From NCBI GenBank assembly GCA_002633005.1, contig NMRA01000016.1, forward strand, positions 347,396 to 411,395: a DNA stretch of 64,000 nucleotides, in the 5' to 3' direction. The notes below the pieces were generated by a model. The model was not told the DNA's origin. It did not search any database and worked only from the letters and a program-made list of their open reading frames with translations. Of this stretch, positions 16,701-27,155 are shown one piece after another; position 1 is the stretch's first letter, and every line of letters starts with the position of its first letter. The DNA comes from Phoronis australis. Taxonomy: Eukaryota; Animalia; Phoronida. Made by a program: the position numbers and the translations under genes.

Positions 16701-19700
16701 ACTGAACATCCTCTAGAGGGCAGCAGAGTACGGTGTGATAGCAATAAACAATATGACTCTCCTGACATAGACTATGACGGTGACTGTGATGAGGTGGCAA
16801 GTACGAATGTGCTTGGGGAGAAAAGAGAAATCTCTAGACTAATATCAGAAGAGGCATCCAATGTCAGTAGTACCAAGTCATCTCCGACTGCAAAAGAGCC
16901 GGATTTGAACAAGGAGTCCAGTAACGCTGGTTGGACGGCTAAAAGTGTTAAAACCCTCACTGTTGGTGAGGTCTACCTGATGCTGGGTAGACCCAAGACT
17001 GTAGTGCTGGAGTATGAATGGTGTGATATTCAGGTGGACAGGTTTCAGTTGTTGACGCTGAATAACATGTTGAGGCGGCTAGTTCATCTCGCCTCCTCTC
17101 AACTCATGGACGTTAGTAGGAAACCGGTGAGTTCTGCTCGTGTTCATGGCTGACCGTTTCAAGCGAAAGAAAAATTGCTAGGGGTTCGTTTTCATCAAAA
17201 TCCATGTGCCTCGGCATAGCTGTCACGGTTGTTTCTTAGATTGTTGCTGGCATACACTTCATTAAAGTGCTGCAGGAATGTAGTTGTTTAGAGTTAATAC
17301 AGGCCATGGTCGATTTTAATTTTATGCTTGCTCTGTGACACGTGATTGAAAATGCTGCTTCATGTTCGAAGGCGCTTGTGAGCATCTTAACTTTGCGTTG
17401 CTGTATGACCTTTGAAACATTGAACCTCGGTAGTTTCAACTCTCCGAGTAGTCTGATATTTTTCAGAATTTTGAAACTTATGAGTCGTCTTTGTTTTGAA
17501 GCCTCTCCGATATTTGTGCCATAAACTGATTATCAACGAATTTTCCATTCCCTGTTCTCCCAGAACTCGTCACCTGCTCGTTGCACGTGTAAATGTGGTA
17601 AGGCCAGTACGCCGAGTACGACCAAAAGTCCGGCAAATTCTCGTAGTAGCCCTGCTGTCAACAAAGACCCGACTACCCCTAGAGGGCGCCGACTACAGCC
17701 ATCGCCTGTGGCTACCAAGGTAACGAGGTTCTCGTAACGTGGAAAAGGACAGTTATGCATACAAGTAGTAACAACTTTGAACATTCCACAACCTTTAATA
17801 GCGGATAAATTTTGGACTGGTGTTTACACGGACTGCTTTCCCGGAAATATTTAGCGTTCGCACAAATTGCTTGTTTGGAAATTTGTTTATCCTATGTTGA
17901 GTTTTGTACTTGTTAAATCTTAATGTGTCATAGTTGTGAACATGTGCCTTCCTCAGTGCTAATGTACTTAGGTGTAGATCAATTACTTACCAGTATTTTC
18001 AATTTACAATCGTTTATTTTAAAAAAATGAGTATGATTCTATTTTATCTATTCTCTTGTCTTATGTCTAAGCCATTTCTTTCAGCCGTCAGTGGGTGACG
18101 CTGTCTTTGTCGCCCCTGCCACTGTTCCTCCAAAGGCGCCTCCCAGCCCTAAAGCTGGTGAGCCCATCAAACCTTTAGATGGGACTCATTTCTTGCAGCA
18201 GTTTGACAGTTTAAAGGTATAGTCCGCTCTAAGAGTCTGTTCTTTAAAATTTGCCCAGTCTGTTCTTTAAAGTGTCTAATTAACACCATGTGGAATTAGA
18301 CTAAACAAAGTTATTCTGAATTGTAGTCGTTTCACAGTTATGCTAAATAATTTTGTCACTTGTTTTCATTTTGTTTATGTTTTGCTGTATGAATTGGTTT
18401 TGGTATGGGTTTAATTTTGTGATTTGTAGGGACGATACTTTTTGTCCGTATAACCAATGAGACCGCAATTAAGTAGCTGTATGTGTGTGTGCTCGTATAA
18501 ACAATTATTGACAGGACTTTTCATTCGCTTTCAATCACTTCAAAATACTTATGCTGACACACCTTTATTACAGCCACAGAAGCATAAAATGCGTAATCGG
18601 ATGAACCGTCGACCATTTCTGGTCCAGAGACGTCTCTTGCCTAAAGCCCAGACAGTGGCTGTGCCTATGTTTTCTGGTACGCCTGTCAACACAATACGAT
18701 CCACCATTGTCCCCGTTATACCTGGCCGATCGTCGCCAAGCATCACGTCAACAGGTGTTACAAGAACTGTGATAAGTCAGTCTGCAGTTATGTCCATGAA
18801 TACGGTCACACCAAACCTTGTGTCACAGGTTGATGACATCACAAACATTATCAGTGCAGCTGCCAGCCAGTGTGGTATACAGACAGGCCACACCCCTCCT
18901 AGGGGTATGGGTGTTACAGCCACTTCTCCAGCCGGGTCGTCTATGACGACCATAAATGCGGCGGCCCCACCTGCCAAGAAGCCCCGGCGTATTACACCCA
19001 TACCTGTGTTTGAAGGTTTGTCTTAATTACTTGGATTCCTGAGTTATCAACACTGTAAATTTTTCACTTTGAAAACCTTTTGAAAAAGTCAATGTTTAGT
19101 TTTGCTTTTTGTGTATTCTGTCAAGAGTACGTCATTTGTGCTCCCATTTTAGTTCATTGAATATTTTAGCCTTGTTTGTGTACTTGAATGTTCTTGCTGA
19201 TTGCTTTTTGGTGTAACTGGTTTTTGATAACGTACTTATACTTCCCTTGGTATTTATTACTAGCAATGATCTGTACTTTGACAGATGCCAATCATTCTCC
19301 TCTGTCCAATCCCACGAGCCCCTTTGCGGCAATCTCTGCCCAGCAAATGTCATCTCCACTTGCCGGAACCTCATTGGGCAATCCTTCCCCAGTCCCTCCT
19401 CCAATGGAGATGCAAGTATCAGATGTTCTACACCAGCTGGCCTCACAGGTTGATGCAGACTTGGTAGGTTCCGTACACTTTTATTTTCTACTTGCGCAAG
19501 AATATTTTTTCTTTCTGTGAAATAAGCTTTATTTACATTCGTGAGACCTTTTGTTTGGTCATTTCTCTGAACATCTTCAGATGTTTCGGTGTTCTTAGAA
19601 GAATGAACACAGATATATGGTGCATGCGTGGTGGTCAATGATGAGCACTTTTTGGACTTTTTAAGCATACCAAGTACCTGTGCTTATTCTTCTAAGTAGG

Positions 19701-22700
19701 TTGATGTCAAGGTACCCATATATTTTAGAAGTGATGTTATTACGTCGTCACCTCAAAATGGTGTTAAAAATTTAAAAACACCTTTTAAAATACCATTTAT
19801 CTCGACACTTGTTTTTTTGTTTTCTACTTTGTATTCCACCAAATGTTGTGCCTCGTGGCAGACAGTCGCACAAGTTTTCCAACAACATAAGATAAATTTT
19901 AATAATTTCTTGTGTTACGATACAGATTTTAAGCAAATATACATTGCCACACCTTTTTTGTGTGCTTTGTTTTAGGATACCTATACACCTAGTATCTGTT
20001 CACTACAATGTCAACCAGTGAATGTACGCGCATCACCAAATCAGTGAATCAAATCTATGCGTTAATTGAAAGTTTCTACATGCCTTCCTTGAGCCCATTC
20101 CTCTGCTCGCAATCTCAGCACACCATCTGATCACCATTTATCTTCTCTACTTCAGTCGTCTTCCACAGCAACACTGACAACAGACACTGTGAAGCCGTCG
20201 CCCATTGAACCTCCCAGTATTACGTCCTTCCTGGATTTGTCTCTTCCTGCCACTGACAGTAAGCTATCGCCACTACTTATTTACAGATTTGTGTCATTGG
20301 CCCAAGTATTAGGGCTATGTGGAACCTTGTGGACTAGTGTGTATTTATCCAACTGTCTACAAATCATTGAATTAAACTTAATAAATGCATAATGTATTCT
20401 GAAAGGAGAAAGCCTCTGAAATTTCATTTTGAATTTTATACCAATTTCTAATTATTGAATCACGTGACCATGTCTTGGTAGAAAACATTTAACCAAAAAA
20501 TAGTGCACGGGCAAATTCGTTTGATGTAATTGTTCATGAACAAATCTCAAAAACGCTGTTAAATTTTTCTAAAATAACATTTCGCTTTCATTTTGGGTCC
20601 CATTTTTGATGACCTCTTGTGCAACAATTACCGAGTTAGCAAAATTTGGGCATTGGACTTCGTTCTTCAGTTTGTAGCTTTTTTGAAAAAGAGATCGACA
20701 AAAATGCCATCTCACAATGACAGTTCATTTATTTTTTCCCATTGATTAGCTGACTGCTGTTTTCTTCTACATGAGTTGTGTTCTACATTGATGCACTAAT
20801 GTGTTTTGTCATCTTCTTAATTTATGGCATCTTATAAGTTCTTTTTTCAATATTTCCATGTTAACGTTGCATTATTTGTTACACAACAATTTGACTTCGT
20901 AGTACAAAAAAATGAGATTTGCGTATTCTTCTGAATCACATTTTTCAGAGCTCCACCTCTGTTCGTGTTTTGTTTGCCAGTCTTTCTATGTTACTTTTAT
21001 CATCGTGTTCAAACCAACGTTTCTTTCTAGTGTCAGAGTCGAATGACAAATTCATCGACAGTTTCTGCGGTCTTCTTGACTCGTCCGGGATTATCAAGTC
21101 TAGCAGTGCTCCCACACAGACGACATCCTCAGAGATCAATGCCACCCTGCCAGCTAGTCCAAACAGGTCAGTTATAGTCTTGCATGTCTCGTGGATGTTT
21201 TGCAGTACTGCAATCAAGTACTGAAAACCAGAGTGTTTTCAGCTCCCAGGAAAACACTGAAGTTATTGCAAAGAAATCCATTGACGACAGATTGTAATCC
21301 TACAAAACTTGAAAATCCCTACCGGGTAATACATGCTCTCGGCAGCTTGCAATCCTATGAACACTGTTTAGATGTTCCCTTGGTCCCTCAATAAGAGAGG
21401 TGGGACATAACGTCAGCAATCGCTGCTTGGTAGCATTAAATGTACACGAACTAGCAACCCTTTGCTTGAAAGCTCACCACAGTAACCACTAAATCTCAGT
21501 AATGCTGCTGTGCTGTATGGCAATCCTGTTAAATATCGCCTCGGTGTGGTAAAAAGTTTAAAACTGGCACACTGTTGATGGTACACCTGCCACATTTAAT
21601 TGTTTTAAGTTCATACAGTACAAGCCAACAGTATTCAGACTAGGTGACTTGGAATTCTCTGTCACACAGCTGTTCGGAAGGTAATTTCATCATCAAAGTA
21701 GTCGTTATGACCAAGAAGGAAGCAGAATTTATGACAGGGAAAACGGTCTTGCACGAATTTTATGAACCAGTGATGTCACTAGCTTTTTATCTTAAGTGTG
21801 TTCTCTGTTGGCGTTGCAGGTCTCCAGTCAAAATCAGCTCGCCTGTCCAGCTCAGTTCTTGGTTCAACAACGACGACTTCTCTCTTAGTAGCTTCCTCAT
21901 GGATTCTCCGCAGAAGAAGACGTCTGACCTCCCACCCTCTACAGCTGGTACTCACGCCATGCAGTTCACCGATGTATGTGTTTTAATTACCATGTCTTCA
22001 CGTTAGGGAACATTGTGGCGTTTTATTTTTGGGGTAATTGTTGTGATTTTGTCACATATTGCCAAGTTTTGCTGTTGTCAAGGCCAGTGACTTAACTCGT
22101 TAAATACAATTGAAGTACTCTGCCGTTTGTCAAATGGGATTTAGCTCTGTCAGCTGCCGGGATTGCATGTTCTGACTTCCCGCCGAGTCTGATTAGCTCA
22201 GAATATGACTTTTCTCGTCTATAATATCCACTGAAAGGGTCCAATACAAAAATCAAACAGTTTGTTGTTAAAACGGTTGCTACAGTTTTGTTAAATCAAC
22301 ACATGTCAAATGTGTGAGACGTATTGCTGGCATATTTTTAGAGACAATTGGTTGTTGACGGTTTCTTTTGAAGCCGCTTCAGGGGTGGCTTTTGAAGCCT
22401 TACCACTGAAGTGGAACTTTTAACATTCTTCATAGGATGCTAATGCATGAGAACTCCTACCATCCCCAGTTAACTAAGCATGAAACTGGCTCTCTGCCAA
22501 GTTTTCTGTCTCCGGTCGTAAATGATTGAATATCGTCCGGGCCTAAGGCATCTTCTTCGATATAAAAATATCTTTCTCCAAGAATGTGTTGGCTTCCAAA
22601 ACTTCAACATTATGTGTTCAAAGTTGATGAAATTGTTGGCAATAAGACACAGAGACAAATCCTTGTTTTCAGTTTTCTCCACTGTAATCCACATTGCTTG

Positions 22701-23513
22701 CTAAAGAGACCCTGGTTTTCAAAAACAGAAATAGCAAACATAAAATTCCATATTTTTCTGTTTTGTAAAATAATTAGCAAATTCCAGTTTAGTATTTTTA
22801 AGTGATAAATAATTATACAAAAGAGATCTGGGACTCATCTTACTTTTTCCTGTGAATTATGCTTCAGCTCCATTTCACTAACTTGTGAGTCATGTTTATT
22901 TATTGTTTCTCACGCCGGAAAAAGAACACCACCACCTTGAGAAAAGTTACTCGTCAACTACTTGGAACATGCCAGCTGCAAAACGATCGTTTTGTGTTGA
23001 ATTGTTGAATTTGGTGGAATTTGTAAAAATTTGTTTGATGTTTAACAAAAAAGATGTTAGAATTAATAGCATCTGCTACTGAAATATGTAAATTGAGTTC
23101 GAACTCCATAATTCTGTGAAGGAAGTCAGATTCTGTTAGTTCTGTCCATTTCTTTTGCGGAAAACCATGGAATCTCTGTAAGTGACACAAACATAGTATT
23201 ACAGGTGGCATCATACCTCAACATAAAACCCTCCGTATGTGACACCAGTTGTCACATTTTTTTGCCTTGTGTTATTTACGTTCCATCTGTTATACTCATC
23301 GATGGCAATCTCCTTGAACTGCTAAGGTGTTTTGCACAATGGGCCCAACCTGCGCACATCTGATGCGTTGTAAGACTCAAGATCGCTTGCACCTTCTTTA
23401 TCTCCTTTTTTCAGGTTGATACTCACTTCCAGAACATGTTGAATGAGAACAGTGTAGATCTGGCGTCCAAGTTTGCTGATATTGCAGCTCAGATGGCCGC
23501 AAGCAAGGATTGA
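7765..23513 (+). CDS. CRAMP1: Cramped-like SANT-domain chromatin regulator, ~1001 aa. Exons 7765-7826, 8165-8406, 9921-10042, 12686-12914, 13928-14065, 14793-14986, 16111-16261, 16660-17126, 17564-17719, 18085-18216, 18574-19015, 19285-19463, 20156-20258, 21031-21166, 21820-21973, 23415-23513.
   Basis: All introns are GT-AG with matching phases and the exons sum to 3006 nt. Recognisable motifs: RRPWELWTANDKKLFFEGLFQ|YGKDFDAIQ...KNKDQVRYFYYRTWNKI...STQELYGLINFGELRKR; RLRTPVCRALK; ELQPKNNEAWSRVQSCSHNP; TVGEVYLMLGRPKTVVLEYEW; C-terminal VDTHFQNMLNENSVDLASKFADIA. Low-complexity exon boundaries (e.g. 20156) are less certain. Confidence 0.92.
8832..9202 (+). mobile_element. Non-autonomous DNA element (MITE) with AGTGCTCGA/TCGAGCACT termini
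   Basis: Terminal inverted repeat; the first ~85 bp match the reverse complement of 41010-41099; internal GACCTCAGTTTT repeats. Confidence 0.65.
10642..10722 (+). repeat. (CAG/CAA)27 microsatellite in CRAMP1 intron 3
   Basis: Directly visible 81-bp trinucleotide tract. Confidence 0.95.
11332..11640 (+). mobile_element. Older, diverged copy of the hAT-type MITE at 56905-57373
   Basis: CAGGTTCATCTAGGATTTCGAAACTAGGG...CAAAATGGGTTTCCC...CAGGGTGTCCATG...ACGCGTGAC aligns with the 5' end of the 56905 element. Confidence 0.55.
12686..12914 (+). CDS. CRAMP1: CRAMP1 exon 4 (core of the SANT-like domain)
   Basis: tgtag|TAT...TTG A|gtatgt; YGKDFDAIQDFIQKKVGRKTDPHLIKNKDQVRYFYYRTWNKIQKFVDIDNKVEKSTQELYGLINFGELRKRVGPGL. 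Confidence 0.93.
15195..15546. mobile_element. Fold-back/MITE element; related copy at 53746-53963
   Basis: Near-perfect inner hairpin at 15254-15389 with outer arms reaching 15195 and 15433; 15345-15546 aligns with 53746-53963. Confidence 0.7.
16660..17126 (+). CDS. CRAMP1: CRAMP1 exon 8 (contains the conserved GW...TVGEVYLMLG...LEYEW block)
   Basis: Corresponds to ORF 16662-17153; acceptor tttcag at 16659, donor CCG|gtgag at 17127. Confidence 0.9.
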
Positions 23514-23807
23514 TAGAGGAAGCATGTGATTGGTGGGAGCATCACTGCACCACTACATCCAATCACATTATGTTTGGAATGGCCACCGACTAATCGGATA
23601 AGAGCATGTGAGGGAGAGAGCACAGGATTGTCTGGAATTTCAAAACACTGTCTCCAGTCACATGTTTGAAATGGGTACCAACGAATCAGATAAGAGCATG
23701 TGGGGAAGAAAGCACAAGATTGGCTGGAACATCAAAACATTGTCTCCGATCCCATTGTGTTTAGGCNGAGGGAGGGAGGGAGGGAGGGAGAGAGAGAGAG
23801 AGAGAGA
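23514..23807 (+). repeat. ~93-bp tandem repeat (~2.5 copies) immediately after the CRAMP1 stop, followed by a GGGA/GA microsatellite
   Basis: Unit ...ATC(G/A)GATAAGAGCATGTG...GCACA(G/A)GATTG.CTGGAA..TCAAAACA.TGTCTCC occurs twice plus a partial copy; GA tract 23768-23807 follows an N. Confidence 0.75.
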
Positions 23808-24230
23808 ACATGGGTTGCTGATAACATGTTAACACAAAGTGCAAGACTTATGCAGCCAATCAAGTTAAGGATTGGAACAAACATGTTCTAGTTTGTCTAT
23901 TTATTTCATGTACTTACTTCATTATCATTTCTCTTTGTACTTTATAGTCGCTGACAGTATTCATGTGATTATTTACAAATTAAGGCCATATATGACCTAT
24001 AGTTTATTTCTTCTGTTGTCTAGTCCAAAAAGTAAGTTTAGTTATGACACATACTGTTACAAGTTGCAAAATCGTGCTTGTGCATATGAAGCCGTTTGTT
24101 AAAAGTAATTCTACCACTGTGTCTTCTTGTTGCAGTTGCCTATAGTGCCTGGTTAGAAGAGAGCATTCAATATTGGTTTTACATAAACTAATAACTTTCT
24201 ACACTTAATTTAGCTAACGATGGGTATTAG

Positions 24231-24479
24231 AAAGTTACCCGTCTCAGTCGTGAAAGTTTTTGAAACCACCGACTTTCGGTCTCGTCTCGAGGCCTTGGCC
24301 GGCCGGAATGGCGGGTAACTGTAGCCTCTCCCGTACCTGTTACGCTCTGGCACAACTTAGTGGTGATGACATCACAGGTACGTGCGAGGCTCCAATTACT
24401 TGCTATTTCACCTGACGAAGGCCTCGAGACTGAAAACTAGTGGCTACAAAAACTTCCATGACTCCGACAGGTAACTTTT
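24231..24479. mobile_element. ~250-bp fold-back element with hammerhead-like cores in its arms
   Basis: Inverted arms AAAGTTACCCGTCTCAGTCGTGAAAGTTTTTG...TCTCGAGGCCTT and AAGGCCTCGAGA...CAAAAACTTCCATGACTCCGACAGGTAACTTT; inner stem CGTACCTGT/ACAGGTACG. Confidence 0.65.
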
Positions 24480-24581
24480 AGTTAGCCATATACTAATGAA
24501 GTCGGTGATGTGAACATTCATTGCTAAAGGTGTTGGTATAATGTACTCTGCTGTCTCATCAGTTCGTAGACTGGAAACCTG

Positions 24582-24988
24582 TGCCCGGTTGCAGGAAACA
24601 GTCCCAAATTGGGACTCAGTTAAGTTCCCTAAATCTACTGTGTATTGTTCTTTCTTTTGTTGTTTTAGTTTCATTACCAAGTCAATTCTTGGCTTTGATA
24701 CAAATCGAGAGTGAAATCTAGAGTGAATTCTCAATATTATTGAAATTATGTAGGGATCTTTTCAAGCAACGCCCCCAATTTAAGGACTAAGTCCCTAATT
24801 ATTTTGATTGAATTAAGGGCTCAGTTTTTAGGTATGTTATTGGAAAACGCCATTAGTCAAAGGAGCTCATAATAGAGATAAAATTATAGAAAAAATATTA
24901 CATCTGTGCCTAAAGAACGAAACAAAGCAAAAAAGAGTTAAGGAACTTAGTCGAGTCCCTATTTGGGACTGTTTCAGGCAACAGGCCA
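24582..24988. mobile_element. PIF/Harbinger-like MITE
   Basis: ~36-bp imperfect TIR (TGCCCGGTTGCAGGAAACAGTCCCAAATTGGGACTC) flanked by CTG on both sides. Confidence 0.7.
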
Positions 24989-25784
24989 CTGGTCCCCGAA
25001 TTTGAATCAAACTTCAATTTAGCTTTAATATATTCTGCTTTACCAAATTATGAATTTGAAATAGTTGTCTTTGATTTTGTGATTACAGTTTATGCGTGTG
25101 ACAATGTACTCTAAGCTCTCCATTTTGTGACGTCGTTATTAAAGCTGCTAATTCTTGTTTTTACTCGAAATTTTACCTCGGTTCATGGCTAGTTTGAATC
25201 GTTTTCATCCACCTGAATCTCAATGTAGGCATAAACACAAAATCAAAAACACTACTCTCAAATTCATACCTAGTAAAAACGGAAAACACCAATCTGAATG
25301 TAGCATTAATTTTAGCTTGGCTTGTCAGCCCAATTGGGGTTACTGGTCTTGAAGTGTGTGTCATTATCAAAAGATGACTCCTTTGTCCCAATAACATAAA
25401 ACCTCCTGAATGGTACGTCCCGGCAGCATTCGCTAGTTGCAGATGGAGACACCCAGTCTAATACTTTATTATTCAACGAGCACACAGGCCAGTGAGTGTT
25501 ATTTTTCTGTAGAGTGTATAATATGCATTTTGAAGATGTCTTAGCTTGCTGAGTCAAGTTTGGCGTTGGTCAATGTGAACTGGTGTTATGTTAGTTGCTA
25601 TTAACCATAACGTGCGGCCCGACATCTATTGAGAGTTTACAAACTCAAGTACCTGAGAACTATTTCAGTTGGTGGGAACTCTTTTTTTAGGAAACTCTGG
25701 TAATCGTTTTAGTTACCGGATTGTAATTTTGAGACCTGGTGTTCAGCGAATGGTCAGTTGGCATTAAATTTTTCATGTTCACCT

Positions 25785-25971
25785 GGGGCCCATTTTGTCA
25801 AAGGTTGTAAGTTGAGTAACTGTTCAGATAACGGTAATTTCAATTTTAATTTGCACAACATTCACTAAGTGAAGGCCAATTCCAACATTTTCACTCTTTA
25901 AAAAACTAAGTTGTAATAACATGCCCACTATGGGCTTAGCTCGTCAAACTTACAACCTTTGTTAAAAAGGG
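25785..25971. mobile_element. MITE with CCCATTTTGTCAAAGGTTGTAAGTT inverted termini
   Basis: CAAAGGTTGTAAGTT / AACTTACAACCTTTG inverted pair; a similar end occurs near 45304. Confidence 0.55.
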
Positions 25972-26893
25972 TAACTAGTTACTAACGGTCTTTTTAAAAG
26001 GGAACAGTCGGCAAGTTGGGTGTTATTTTCACTTACGATACAAATCACTGTATTTGAACTTAAACTGTCGTCATCTTCCATCCATCCTGTGTTTGCTTGG
26101 TGAAATGTACTGCAGAAACAAGAGCACTGGGCTCCCATACATAGGTAATAGAAGCCGGAAAAACTGGTCATCATTGAAATATTCGTAAGACAACCTATAA
26201 TTTGTCGTAGTATAATTCCAAAATCGTTGGCTGTCCCTTTGTTGGCCTTCCCTTTATCTTAAGTTGAGAAGAAGCTTATGGTTGACGTGCTGAATATTCC
26301 CTGGACTACAAATGCATGTCTAGAATTGTATGTTGAGCTGCGCACTCAGCTGTTTGTCATTTTCTGTAATGTGCAATACTTATCATTTAGAGTATGAACC
26401 AGTGTTAGCCAAGTTCACCAGCTGCTGTTGAAATGGTGAACACATTTTTGTAAGGGTAGTTGTATACGATATAAATTGTTTTGATCGATACCCAGTTGTT
26501 TTTATTCACTTGTCCTTTGAACGTATGTCTAGTAATTCACCATTCAACCAAAAATAAAACCTATTGGTTAGGACTACTAACTAAACATTTTATATTACTG
26601 GTCTTAATTTTATTCTTTACTTAGAATAAAGATGATTTTAGAATTGGGGAAGAACCAACTGAAAATTATCAGTTGCTGAAATGCTCGTGCAGCTGTTGAA
26701 GACAACGGGTAAGGTTCAACAAGGGAAATTTGTTATCATTTTGTCAATGCCCAAGTTGCGCTGTACTTAACGTGCTCAGTGTTGACCAATCGAATACAAG
26801 ACTGGACTAAGGTTAATAATTCTAATAGGGTCCACTGGGATATCGGATTCACTGAAGAACAAACATCAATACTGGTAAGTGCATATTTGATAT

Positions 26894-27155
26894 TGTGTAA
26901 GAATTATTAGTTTTCATACACGCCATCTGTTGTTCACATCACCTAACTTATAGGTAAGTCTGAAAATATCTGCTTTCACGGGGGTTTGAACTCGGGACTG
27001 TCTGTAATCGACCAGCAAGCACGACATCTCGGTGGACTAGTGCCTGCACCGTTAGCAAGAAGTCCCGGGTTCGTACCCCAGTCCTACTGAGCTCTTTTCA
27101 GGTCATATGATGTGACCAACACATCACTTGTATAAAGACTAATAATTCTTGCACA
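26894..27155. mobile_element. Palindromic element made of two head-to-head tRNA/SINE-like halves
   Basis: Outer arms TGTGTAAGAATTATTAG / CTAATAATTCTTGCACA; B-box-like AGTCCCGGGTTCGTACCCC on plus, mirrored by GGGGTTTGAACTCGGGACT. Confidence 0.7.

Noticed and set aside
27040-27085. Functional tRNA gene
   Set aside because: Only a T-arm/B-box is recognisable; no acceptor stem or anticodon arm; part of a palindromic repeat.
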